DNA from: Candidatus Obscuribacteraceae bacterium
Lineage (GTDB): Bacteria > Cyanobacteriota > Vampirovibrionia > Obscuribacterales > Obscuribacteraceae
Length of the DNA: 64,000 nucleotides
Direction of reading: 5' to 3'
NCBI GenBank assembly: GCA_044229845.1
Contig: JBGASG010000001.1
Location: 736,001 to 800,000 of the forward strand
Numbering within the stretch: the stretch's first letter is position 1; the number at the start of each line of letters is the position of its first letter. The notes under the pieces were generated by a model. That model searched no databases. It was given only the letters and a program-made list of their open reading frames with translations, and was not told where the DNA came from. The translations under genes and the position numbers were made by a program. Shown here piece after piece: positions 17,217 through 26,724 of the stretch.

Positions 17217-19817
17217 CTAGTTAATGGCTCGCAGTAGATCGCTCAGCCCTTCGTCCATCAACGAGATCATGGTTCGTACGTCATACAACATTCGAATGCG
17301 ATCGGAGATCAGTTTGATGCGTTCGTTGATCTGTCGATGACCGGGCGGCACTGCAGCAAGTTTTTCTTTTTCTGATTGTGACTCGATTTTGGAACTTATG
17401 ACCTTTGATTCTTGCCAGTAAGTCACCAGTTTTTGCATGCGAGTTTCACCTGATAATGTGGCGCCACTGCCGGACAGATGAAAGGTAGGTGCGTTGAGGA
17501 AGTCGCAGATTTCCTGCGATAGGACCGGGGCATTATTGTTATCTAGGTTAAAAACGGGAGCCAGTGTATTTGGATGTACCCGCTCCAGTCGTACACCACC
17601 CGGGTGTTCGATAATCGTCAAGCCAGCCAGTCCGCCGACAGTGAGACCAGATACAATATTTAATCTGTTTGCATAGAGATTTTTTCTGGCGCTGCCGGTC
17701 AGCGAGAGTGGACCATCGATGATCAAACCCAACACGTTGATCTGAAAGAAATTCGCCGTGTTAGTCATTTGAATCGCCAAATCACGCATGCGCTTCAAGT
17801 GGTCGACAGCTTCCCGCTCAACAGCAATTTCTAGATCTACTGCATCCACTGCCCTGCCGACATCCAAAACCGCATAGAGAACGCGGCGAGTCAGCCAGAG
17901 TTGTTCGGAAACCAAATCGGGTGGAGGGTTATCTTGCTGCGCAGCGGCTGCTAGTTTATTGGCCTGTGCTTGTACTCCCAAGATGTTCGCCACCCCGGTG
18001 GCGGTAGGTGCGAGTTGTGCTGTGGTTTCATGTGCTGAGCGCCGATGCGCTGGGATGTGCTCGTATTGAGGTCCCGTTTCTCGCACGAGGTCGAACAGCC
18101 CGGCATCGAATTCCTCGAGTCTTGCTCGCAATGAGTGCAGCAGGGAAACTCGATTTCTAACAATGTTGATTGTGTCGCGATACTTGCTGTCGGCTGCCGC
18201 CAGCTTGATCTGATTCTTCTTCTTGTCTATATCCATTGTCGAGATCCGATACTTCTTCCACTGGTGAAGCAGATACTCTTTGCGTGTTTGACCGGTGGTC
18301 GAGCGAGGCGAAGGCGAGTCGAGGAAGGCAATCACCAGTGGTGAGAATCTATGTGGCTTGCGTGCATCGAGATCGAAGACATCGGCGAGGGCGTTCGGCG
18401 GGGTATCAATCTTGCGCCGTCCGCCGTGCAATTGCACCAGCGCCAGTGATGAGAGAAGAGTGCCGATGCTGCTTTCAATGACAAACATTTCGTTGCCTGC
18501 CTTCGAGTGCTGCTTTAAAAAGAGGAGTCCCGCGATTGCACTGAACACGCCAGATTGAATAAAGTTTGCTTCGAAGTTTTTCTGCAGCCCCTTGCCTCGC
18601 TTAATCAGTAGACTTGACAGAACAACGTCGTATGCATAATTGAGTTCGCTGTCGATCTGGTCGGTGGCAATGTGCATCTCGAGAAGACCGCAAACCACCG
18701 CTTCCATGAATTCTACTTCCAGTTGTGCCTGCAACTTTGAATCGGTGGGCTTTGCAGAGCGATTAACTTCAATCAGCTGTGCCGCGAGCTTCTGTACGCG
18801 CAACAGTCGCGCTGCTTCACTAGCCGGTTGTCCAAGCCCACTTACCGTTTGTGAAACATCTCCGTCGCCGACTGACGAAGAGCAGGTCATGCGGACAAGT
18901 GTCAGTAATGACAGCAATGCGTTGTCGAAGTCTTCCACGAATGTATGAAGAGACCAGAGTAAAACGATGCGCTTGTTGAGGACCGCGAAGCTGGCAGTGT
19001 TGCGTTGCAAACTACACAGCGTTGCTGCACTGTGCGGGTCTACGCCCGTGCGTTTTTTCCAGGCCGAAAACATTTCTTCGCGGCGTGTGACAGCTTTTCC
19101 GGGACTCGGCAAATCCAGAAATTTCTCCAGGCTCTCAGGCAGATTTTTGCCGTCAACGGGACCGCCTTCGAGCACCGGTGCAAGAGCCGATGGTGGAGCT
19201 GTATGATGAGCCTTCGCCATTTTGGCGTGAACAATTCCTACGACAGGAAAAAACAGGCCGAGACCGGCACCGATGCATGTGAACTCGGCTGAAGTCTTGA
19301 AATGCTTGTGGATACGCATGTACGGCTCAAGGGTGTAGAACACCGAAAACTGAGCGAAGTTCACCAGGTTAAGGAATTGATTTATATCGTCTTGCTTGCG
19401 ATGCTCGCGATCAAGGATGGCGTAGGTGTATGACAGTTCCAGCTCCAGCTTGTTTGTTGACCGGCGGACATCAAGGTACCCTACTAGTATCTTGCGAAGT
19501 ATTTTCGCTCTCAGTGCAGTGGCTTCTGAGCTGTCTGCCTGTCCTGATTCTCGCAGGAGCAAAAGCTGGTCGAGCTGCTTGCGCACGCCCAGAATGTCCG
19601 CACACTGGGTGGCCAGCAACCGGCGGCTATTCTCGACGACTTGCGGGGTTGCCGGCTCAGTTGCATAACAACGCAGCGGTGACATCAAGAGCAGAGTCGC
19701 TAAAATCACACACCATGCGCGCTGAATTGATAGTCTCAGGTCCCACGTGGTAGGGTTGAGGAGAGGCGTGCGGCAAAACCGTGTCAAGAGAGAGCACTCC
19801 CTGCGAAGCTCACGCAT
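17217..19817 (-). CDS. Large helical protein with three ~260-aa internal repeats (start uncertain)
   Basis: 866-aa ORF; signal-peptide-like segment; motifs recur three times. Confidence 0.8.
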   Translation of the reverse strand: MRELRRECSLLTRFCRTPLLNPTTWDLRLSIQRAWCVILATLLLMSPLRCYATEPATPQVVENSRRLLATQCADILGVRKQLDQLLLLRESGQADSSEATALRAKILRKILVGYLDVRRSTNKLELELSYTYAILDREHRKQDDINQFLNLVNFAQFSVFYTLEPYMRIHKHFKTSAEFTCIGAGLGLFFPVVGIVHAKMAKAHHTAPPSALAPVLEGGPVDGKNLPESLEKFLDLPSPGKAVTRREEMFSAWKKRTGVDPHSAATLCSLQRNTASFAVLNKRIVLLWSLHTFVEDFDNALLSLLTLVRMTCSSSVGDGDVSQTVSGLGQPASEAARLLRVQKLAAQLIEVNRSAKPTDSKLQAQLEVEFMEAVVCGLLEMHIATDQIDSELNYAYDVVLSSLLIKRGKGLQKNFEANFIQSGVFSAIAGLLFLKQHSKAGNEMFVIESSIGTLLSSLALVQLHGGRRKIDTPPNALADVFDLDARKPHRFSPLVIAFLDSPSPRSTTGQTRKEYLLHQWKKYRISTMDIDKKKNQIKLAAADSKYRDTINIVRNRVSLLHSLRARLEEFDAGLFDLVRETGPQYEHIPAHRRSAHETTAQLAPTATGVANILGVQAQANKLAAAAQQDNPPPDLVSEQLWLTRRVLYAVLDVGRAVDAVDLEIAVEREAVDHLKRMRDLAIQMTNTANFFQINVLGLIIDGPLSLTGSARKNLYANRLNIVSGLTVGGLAGLTIIEHPGGVRLERVHPNTLAPVFNLDNNNAPVLSQEICDFLNAPTFHLSGSGATLSGETRMQKLVTYWQESKVISSKIESQSEKEKLAAVPPGHRQINERIKLISDRIRMLYDVRTMISLMDEGLSDLLRAIN

Positions 19818-19873
19818 TAAAGCATTCGCTCATGGCTTTGGCTACCGGCGCCGAATGAATTCAAGCAGCCAGA

Positions 19874-21004
19874 TCAGCGCAATCCTTCCGGATCGGTAAG
19901 TTGTTGTTCGTCGGTGACCTGGGCTGCAAAATCGTTTTCTGCAGGCTTCTGTCCGGAGCCGGCGGTTCTGGGCGCTGCTGCATCGGTGCCGGGTTGTCCG
20001 GCGCCCGCCAGTGGTGGCGGTGTGGTGCCCGCTAACATCGCATTGATCTGCGGTTGGAAAAACCAGATCAAGCCTGCCACCACAATCAGTACCACCCCGA
20101 ACGCTATTTCGCCGAGGCGGCTGCGGGGTATGGAGATATGCTGCTTGAGGGCGAGCGCTTGTTGGCAGTCGTGCATCAGTTGCTCAACGTTCTCATAACG
20201 TTCTTGCGGGTCCTGGGCGGTTGCTTTTTGTACTATCGCGTCGCAGATGTCGCTGACTTCGCTGTTCAACATGGCGGGCGACGACCGGTGCAGCGCCTCC
20301 GGTTCTTTGCCGGTAAGCAGGAAATGCATCGTGGCGCCCAGGGCGTAGATGTCGGAAGCAGGGCTTGCCTGCCCCCAGTATTGTTCGGGCGGCGAGTAGC
20401 CGGCGGACACGACTTTGGTCACTTCCTTGCCGTCTTCGTCGAATTTGCGGGCGATACCGAAGTCGATCAGTTTCAGCCGATCTTTAGAGTCGAGCATGAT
20501 GTTGCTCGGTTTCAGGTCGCGATAAATAATCGCCGGCTCCAGTCCGTGCAGATAGGTGAGCACGTCGCAAATTTCAATTGCCCAGGTCAGCACTTCCTCT
20601 TCCGAGAAGGGTTCCTGCCGGTGCTGGGTCAGCACTTCGTGCAGGTTGTTGCCCTCGATGTACTCCATGACGATGTAGTACTGACCGTTTTCTTCAAAGT
20701 GGTCGAGAATCTGCACAATCGAAGGGTGCTCGAGCGTTGACAACAATTTGTACTCACGCTTGAAAAATTCGATTGCCAGGTCGTGGTCTTCTTTGCGGTA
20801 GTGGTCGTCACGTAGCTGTTTGACTACGCGGCGGCGCCCTTCCAGGCGCAGGTCGGCGGCTGTATAGACTTTGCCCATGCCGCCCTGACCGAGCACTTCG
20901 CGAATTTCGTAGCGATTTTGCAAAATGCGCCGATTATCCGGCGGAGCCAGTGGGCAGGGTCCGTTATGCGTTCCGGCGATGCCACAATGAGGACAAAAGG
21001 TCAT
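19874..21004 (-). CDS. Membrane-anchored Ser/Thr kinase with short N-terminal Cys/His (zinc-ribbon-like) motif
   Basis: CPHC...H..PC, GQGGMG, YRDLKPSN, DFG, one TM helix. Confidence 0.95.
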   Translation of the reverse strand: MTFCPHCGIAGTHNGPCPLAPPDNRRILQNRYEIREVLGQGGMGKVYTAADLRLEGRRRVVKQLRDDHYRKEDHDLAIEFFKREYKLLSTLEHPSIVQILDHFEENGQYYIVMEYIEGNNLHEVLTQHRQEPFSEEEVLTWAIEICDVLTYLHGLEPAIIYRDLKPSNIMLDSKDRLKLIDFGIARKFDEDGKEVTKVVSAGYSPPEQYWGQASPASDIYALGATMHFLLTGKEPEALHRSSPAMLNSEVSDICDAIVQKATAQDPQERYENVEQLMHDCQQALALKQHISIPRSRLGEIAFGVVLIVVAGLIWFFQPQINAMLAGTTPPPLAGAGQPGTDAAAPRTAGSGQKPAENDFAAQVTDEQQLTDPEGLR

Positions 21005-21078
21005 GTCTCACCCACGTTAGTTCTGTTTCAGTATATATAATATGCCTCGCACGAGCACTTACAAGGTATGAAAAATCG

Positions 21079-21555
21079 ATGGGCAGCAAACTAGCAATCG
21101 GCTCCGACCACGCCGGTTTCGAACTAAAACAGCAGCTAATTAAATTCCTGAAGGACGAAGGGCACGAGGTTTCGGACCTCGGCACTCACTCGACCGAACC
21201 TTGCGATTATCCTGATTTTGCCGAAAAAGTCGGTTTGGCTGTTGTGAAAGGCGATGCCGAGCTGGGCATCGTTGTTTGTGGCAGCGGCGTTGGAGCGACG
21301 GTGGCGGCGAATAAAATTCCCGGCGTGCGTGCCGGACTTTGTCACGACACATTTTCTGCTCACCAGGGGCGCGAAGATGATGATACCAATGTCATGTGTC
21401 TGGGAGCCCGCGTCATCGGCATCAACCTGGCTCAAGAAGTGTTGAAATCCTGGCTTAATACGCGCTTTTCCGGCATCGATCGCCATGTGCGGCGAGTCAA
21501 CAAGATCAAGGCGATCGAGGAGAAGTACTGCGGAGCCGTCACCAACACTAAATGA
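21079..21555 (+). CDS. rpiB: Ribose-5-phosphate isomerase B
   Basis: GSDHAG, DYPD, CGSGVG, ANKIPGVRA and RHVRRV motifs. Confidence 0.95.
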   Translation: MGSKLAIGSDHAGFELKQQLIKFLKDEGHEVSDLGTHSTEPCDYPDFAEKVGLAVVKGDAELGIVVCGSGVGATVAANKIPGVRAGLCHDTFSAHQGREDDDTNVMCLGARVIGINLAQEVLKSWLNTRFSGIDRHVRRVNKIKAIEEKYCGAVTNTK

Positions 21556-22616
21556 CCGACGAATCGCTACAACGTAGTTATCCACGCATGGGCGGACCTG
21601 GAGGGGTATGGGCCCAGCGAGCTGAGTCTCTGGTCGGCAAAACCATCGGCGAGCGCTACCGCATCGTGTCATTTATCGGTGGGGGCGCGGTGAGCACTGT
21701 ATTTAAAGCGAAGGATCTATCGACGGCGCGCACAGTGGCACTCAAAATCATGCCCGAATGTCGCAGTGCCAGTGCTGAGGCGCTGAAGATCTTCGAGCAC
21801 GGTGCGCGGCTGACTATCAACCATCCCAACCTGGTAGTCGTGCACGCCTGCGGACTCACCGATGACGGTGCTCCATGGCTGGCTATGGAGTATCTCGAAG
21901 ATGCCACGTCGCTGGCGCAGTTGCTCAAACAGGAGCAGAAGCTGACGCTTGATCGCGTGGTCAGTCTCTTCCAAAAAATCTGCGATGCGCTTGCCTACAT
22001 ACACACGAAAGGCGAGGTCCACTTCAACGTCAAGCCGACCAACATCATGATCATGCGCCAAGAAGGCGAAGGCGATCAGGTGAAAATTGCTGATTTCGGC
22101 ATCGGCAAAATTTCGCTCGAGCGCGAGATGGAAATTTACGACGATCGCTTGCCCCGTTACAGCAGCGCGCTCTACATGAGCCCGGAGCAGTTTCAGGGGC
22201 AGCGCATCCACGCACAATCCGATGTCTACTCCATAGGGTGCATGTTGTACGAGGCACTTTCGGGCAAGCCACCACTGGTGGGGCTGACTTTGCTGGATAC
22301 GATGGACAGGCACCTGCGTGAACCGCCAGTGCCGATTCAGGATGCTGCGCCGCATGTGCCGCCGCGGCTGGCTAATGTGGTCATGCGTTGCCTGCACAAA
22401 GAGCCGGCACGCCGATATCGCACGGCGGAGGAGCTGCGAGCCGCTCTGGACAAGGTGTTCAATCCGGGCGATCCATCGTCGGTGATTTTGCCCAGCGTTC
22501 CGCAAGGAACTCAGCTGGCGCGCAAAGAACACCCATTGTTCTACGTTACATTTTTGCTGTCCGCGGTGTTGCTGATCATAACGCTGGTGATTGCAGTCAC
22601 TATGGCTTTGCAGTGA
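21552..22616 (+). CDS. Ser/Thr kinase-fold protein with C-terminal TM helix, probable pseudokinase
   Basis: VALK, DFG, YMSPEQ and SDVYSIG are present, but the catalytic loop reads HFNVKPTN. Confidence 0.85.
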   Translation: MTDESLQRSYPRMGGPGGVWAQRAESLVGKTIGERYRIVSFIGGGAVSTVFKAKDLSTARTVALKIMPECRSASAEALKIFEHGARLTINHPNLVVVHACGLTDDGAPWLAMEYLEDATSLAQLLKQEQKLTLDRVVSLFQKICDALAYIHTKGEVHFNVKPTNIMIMRQEGEGDQVKIADFGIGKISLEREMEIYDDRLPRYSSALYMSPEQFQGQRIHAQSDVYSIGCMLYEALSGKPPLVGLTLLDTMDRHLREPPVPIQDAAPHVPPRLANVVMRCLHKEPARRYRTAEELRAALDKVFNPGDPSSVILPSVPQGTQLARKEHPLFYVTFLLSAVLLIITLVIAVTMALQ

Positions 22617-22913
22617 CAGATCGGTTATTAGAGACATAGCTTGAGCATATGATGATGTCTGAAAGCAGACGGATTTACCCATTCGGAGTTCCCATCTTTT
22701 GAGAAGATATATGGTGGCGCACCGGCGATTTTAGTGGTGTCACCATAGGTGGTGTCTGATCCGTGCTCATCAGTCACATGGCTGTGGCGCCCGCCGGCGC
22801 GCGACCTAGGGGTTTTTAGCAGGCGTATATACAAGGTTGCCTGCCTTTCCTTATCCGTACAATTGAAGATGTGAGCGACGAACTAGCCGCCGCTGAAAAG
22901 AAAGGAGACCCCT

Positions 22914-23591
22914 ATGAGCCTTCGAGAAGTCAAACGAAACAGCTCCCACTTGCGCCTTATTAGAGGAACTGCTCCGGAAGCGCAACAAGAGCCTGATGTT
23001 TACTCCAGCAAGACGGACGAAGATCTGATTCTTCTTTGCCAACGTAAAGATCAGCGTGCCATGGAAGAGTTGATTCGCAGACATCAACGCACAGTATTTG
23101 CCTTGCTCTATCGCCTGGCACCGGATTGGAACAACACCGCCGACCTGGCGCAGGAAGTGTTCATCCGCATGTGGCGATCGGTGGGCAGCATTCGCAACCC
23201 GAAAGCTTTCCAGAGCTGGTTGCGCCAGATCGTCACCAACATGTTCTATGACGAACTGAGAAAACGTCCCCGCCAGCTCTCCGTCATTTCGATGGACGAG
23301 CCGATGAACAGAGAAGAACAGGACGAGGGCGGCACGCGCGACATTCAAGACAGCTCCGCAGGACCGGACGAACTGTGTCAGCGTCAGGAGTTGAACAATG
23401 TCATTCGTTTTGCGATGGATGAGCTGCCCGAACAGTTCCGCACCGCTATCTACCTGCGTGAATTCGAAGGTCTTTCTTATGAAGAGATCGCGACGATTAC
23501 ACGTTCGGAAGTCGGTACGGTGAAGTCGCGCATTGCACGGGCGCGCGCTAAGGTGCAGCAAATTGTCACACCATATCTGAAGTCGGCGTAG
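22914..23591 (+). CDS. ECF sigma-70 factor (cyanobacterial SigG/RpoE-like)
   Basis: DLAQEVFIR, WLRQIVTNMFYDELRKR and GLSYEEIA...GTVKSRIARAR motifs; AAGGAG SD. Confidence 0.92.
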   Translation: MSLREVKRNSSHLRLIRGTAPEAQQEPDVYSSKTDEDLILLCQRKDQRAMEELIRRHQRTVFALLYRLAPDWNNTADLAQEVFIRMWRSVGSIRNPKAFQSWLRQIVTNMFYDELRKRPRQLSVISMDEPMNREEQDEGGTRDIQDSSAGPDELCQRQELNNVIRFAMDELPEQFRTAIYLREFEGLSYEEIATITRSEVGTVKSRIARARAKVQQIVTPYLKSA

Positions 23592-23609
23592 AGCAATTCA
23601 CAGATGAGT

Positions 23610-24530
23610 TTATGAGAGCGGTACCGAGGGTGCCGCTCTCATTATTTGGCGAAGACAAAACTGCACGCAACGCACATCGACCGAGTTTCCTACCAGGCGC
23701 CAGGCTGTTTCCAGCGGTATGTCTTCTGGAAGTTGGAAGTCGGCAGGAAAGCCGAGCAGATTCAAAATCTCTCGCGGTGAGAAACGGCGCAGCTGATTGT
23801 TGGCGTGCGGAATCTTGATTAAAGAACCGCTGACCTTTTGTGATTTGCCGTATCCGCTCGTGAAACATATCGCCACCGCCCGCTCGTCAAGCGGGTCGAC
23901 AATGTCATAGCTTTGACCGTAGCGCTGGACGGTTTCCTCTGGCGGGCGAAGTTCCATGCGTTCGCAGGTGCCGTCGATTAAATAGGTTCGCAATGGTTTG
24001 CTGCCGGAATCATGTGCGCTCTCAGGCACTGGCAGTGGTGTCGTCGATGCCAGCACGAAGTGTCGTGGTCTGCGCATCGGTGTGCCTAACTGCGTGGAAC
24101 ACAGGTCAAATGTGCGGACGCTGTATCCTTGTTTTTTCAAAGTGTCTTGCAGAATTTCGTTTACTTTGCTGGTTTTGAAACCCAGCACATTCTCGACTGC
24201 GAGAAACCGGGGCCGATGATCGCCGATCAGGCTGATCAGGTGAAGAAACGACTGCGCGCGCGCATCGTCGGCGTCTTTTTGCTTGCCGCGGACGCTATAA
24301 GGCGTACAGGGCGGACTGAGCCACCACATATCTGCGTCTGGAATGTTTCTGCTCCCAATAGAATCCAGATTGCGGGCACGCGGCGCATGTCCAAAATTGA
24401 GCTTGTAGACGCGGTTGGCGGCTTCGCTCTGGTCGAAGGCAGCTACGATCTCGATCAATCCGGATTGACGCGCGGCAACCGCGAACGCGCCGATTCCAGA
24501 GAAAAATTCCAGTGCCTTGATCATCAGCAC
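23610..24530 (-). CDS. C5-cytosine methyltransferase, Dnmt2/TRDMT1-like
   Basis: EFFSGIG, SPPC, ENV, RPRHF, CFTSGYG...SGS, LRRFSPREI..LLGFP and GNSV motifs. Confidence 0.85.
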   Translation of the reverse strand: MLMIKALEFFSGIGAFAVAARQSGLIEIVAAFDQSEAANRVYKLNFGHAPRARNLDSIGSRNIPDADMWWLSPPCTPYSVRGKQKDADDARAQSFLHLISLIGDHRPRFLAVENVLGFKTSKVNEILQDTLKKQGYSVRTFDLCSTQLGTPMRRPRHFVLASTTPLPVPESAHDSGSKPLRTYLIDGTCERMELRPPEETVQRYGQSYDIVDPLDERAVAICFTSGYGKSQKVSGSLIKIPHANNQLRRFSPREILNLLGFPADFQLPEDIPLETAWRLVGNSVDVRCVQFCLRQIMRAAPSVPLS

Positions 24531-24561
24531 ATGTTACCAAACATCGTGGAATCTCAGGGGT

Positions 24562-26572
24562 CTACGGGCGGCGCGTGGCACCGTACATCAGGCTCAGCGG
24601 CACGCGCCGCAAGCCTTCGTGGTCGTTACCCAGACCCCACTGATTGTCCATCAACAGGCGTCCCTTATTGTCCATGTCCCAGATGGTGACGACGTGCCAC
24701 CCACCAAAACCGCCGGCCCGCCCTTCACCGTTCTCCCGCCAGAATGGGTCGTGCCGCGTGTGCACCATCAAAATCACCGGTAGCTTGCCGGCTTTCTGTT
24801 GTTGCTCGATCTTCTCTTTCAGCTCCTGCTCGCTGCCGAACTGAATCGTTCGCTTGTCCGTTAAATCTGTGTGTTCCAGAATCGGCAGATCCGCGCCCGT
24901 TATCTGCTTGGATATCTCGGCAAGTTTGTCGTTGGTCAATTCAGGCTGTCGCGAAAATTCATTCCCCGTTGTCGTATCGATCAGCCGCTCGCCGGTGTCG
25001 TCCGGTGCGCTGGGCTCGACCTGCTTGTACACGTACTGGGGTTCATTGGCGGCGTAATAGGAATTGACGGCGGCGATCTGGAACAATTGACTGGCGTAGG
25101 TTCGCTCACCAGTTGTGGTGCCATAAACGTTAGCCATGCGCGCTTCGAAATCGCGCTTCAGACTGTCTGCATCCGGCGCGACGACCACATTTTGCGAGGT
25201 TTTGTATTTGCCTGTCTCGGCAATCTGGCGCACCACATTTGCCATATATTCCGGCTTGGTGGCCGCCAGCACCACCTGCAGCGTGGTGACGTTGCAGCTG
25301 TTGTGAAAGCCCTGATCGATTGAGCGCGGGTAGGCGACGTGGTGAAGCACTTGTTTTGCCAGGTCGTTGCGCTCTGATTGAGGCAGATAAGGCGCTGCCT
25401 CATCCGGTTTGAATAGTTTCTGCAATTCGCCGTAAGTTGTGGCAACTTGACTTTCTTGCAGCCGCTGAGCCTTTGCCCGGGCTTCGAAAATGTCTATGTC
25501 CGCACGGAATTTCGCCAGCTCCGCACTGTCGGAGATATTTGCTTCGGCAAGCTTTAGTAAATTGGTGCGCGCTGCTTCGACCCCTTTGCCGAGTTCGACA
25601 TCGCGAGCCAGGCGCTGATCTTCGTTTCCTTCAAAGCGCGCGATCAGCCGGTTGCCATCGGCGCGGACGAAACTGTATTCACCGTCGCGCGTGACCTGAA
25701 CGTCTTTGCGCATTTCGGTTGTGGTGCCGTTCGTCCAGTTGTCGGAGTGCTTCACCCTGGTCCAGACTTCTTTGTCGCCGGAGGTGCTGGTCTCTTCTAC
25801 CGCGACGACATGATGCCCGCTCCATCTGAAATGCCGGGAGGCACTGTTGGCATAGTGAATGTCGGTGATATGGTGATGATTGTCCGACTCTACGAAAGTG
25901 AGGTCGGACCATTCATTGGTTTTGAAATTGCGCCGGATGCGGTCGCCGCTGACGAAACCGTCTGCTTTCTCGTCCCACTGCCACTGGTTGGGTTGACCGG
26001 ACTTTGGTGTTTCGGTGATCGATACCAGCTGGTCGCCGTCGTAGGTCGACCGGTAGATGGTGCCGGTGGCAGTGGTTGTTGATGTCACCTTGCCCGTCTG
26101 GTCGACATCGCTGCTCGAGTTGTTGATATTTTGCCGATGAAAGCTGCCGTCGCCGTGAATTTTGACTTCGCCGCCCAGAGTATTTTTGTAGGATGTCTGT
26201 CCATCCTCGGTAACTTGCATGCCTATACGTTGAGCACCGATCACCTGCATTGAGCGCCAGCGATCGCCGCCGGCGTCCTTGTTCCAGATCATCTGTCCGC
26301 TAGGTCTGGTTTCGACGATGCGATTACAAACTCCGCCGGCATCGTAAGCGAGTTCCAATATCGTGCCGTTGGCGCGCGTCAACTTCTCAATCTGATTTTT
26401 GTCGTTGAACTGAACAACCGAGCCATCTGTGTTTCTCTTGACGCGCGGTTCCGGTTGGGCGGTGCGGCTTTTCTTGTGCTTCGGCAGAAAGGCGGCTGCG
26501 TGCTTCCGCCTCCCGTTCATCGAGGATCGGCGAAGCAAACTGCAGCTCGGAAACGAACTTATTTTCGCCCAT
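24562..26572 (-). CDS. Beta-repeat protein with C-terminal papain-like Cys-His-Asn domain; probable frameshift near the 5' end
   Basis: DQGFHNSCNV, WHVV and DNQWG motifs; homologous to 42774..46310. The plausible N-terminus (ATG 26572) is in a different frame from the body. Confidence 0.7.
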
Positions 26573-26724
26573 GTTGTCACGTAACCCTGAAGCCCTTTGA
26601 TAAGAGAGTATGGTCCGTCTGACACTGGAGCAATGGGAGAACTCCCAGACAGGGCGGGTTATACGAGGTTCTTATATGATTAGGTAGTCCATCGTAGGAG
26701 TCGTGTAGACATTGGAGTTCAAAA

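Noticed and set aside
11653..24530. The two methyltransferases as one restriction-modification or defence island
   Set aside because: They are 10 kb apart among housekeeping genes, no nuclease is present, and the C5 enzyme looks Dnmt2-like.
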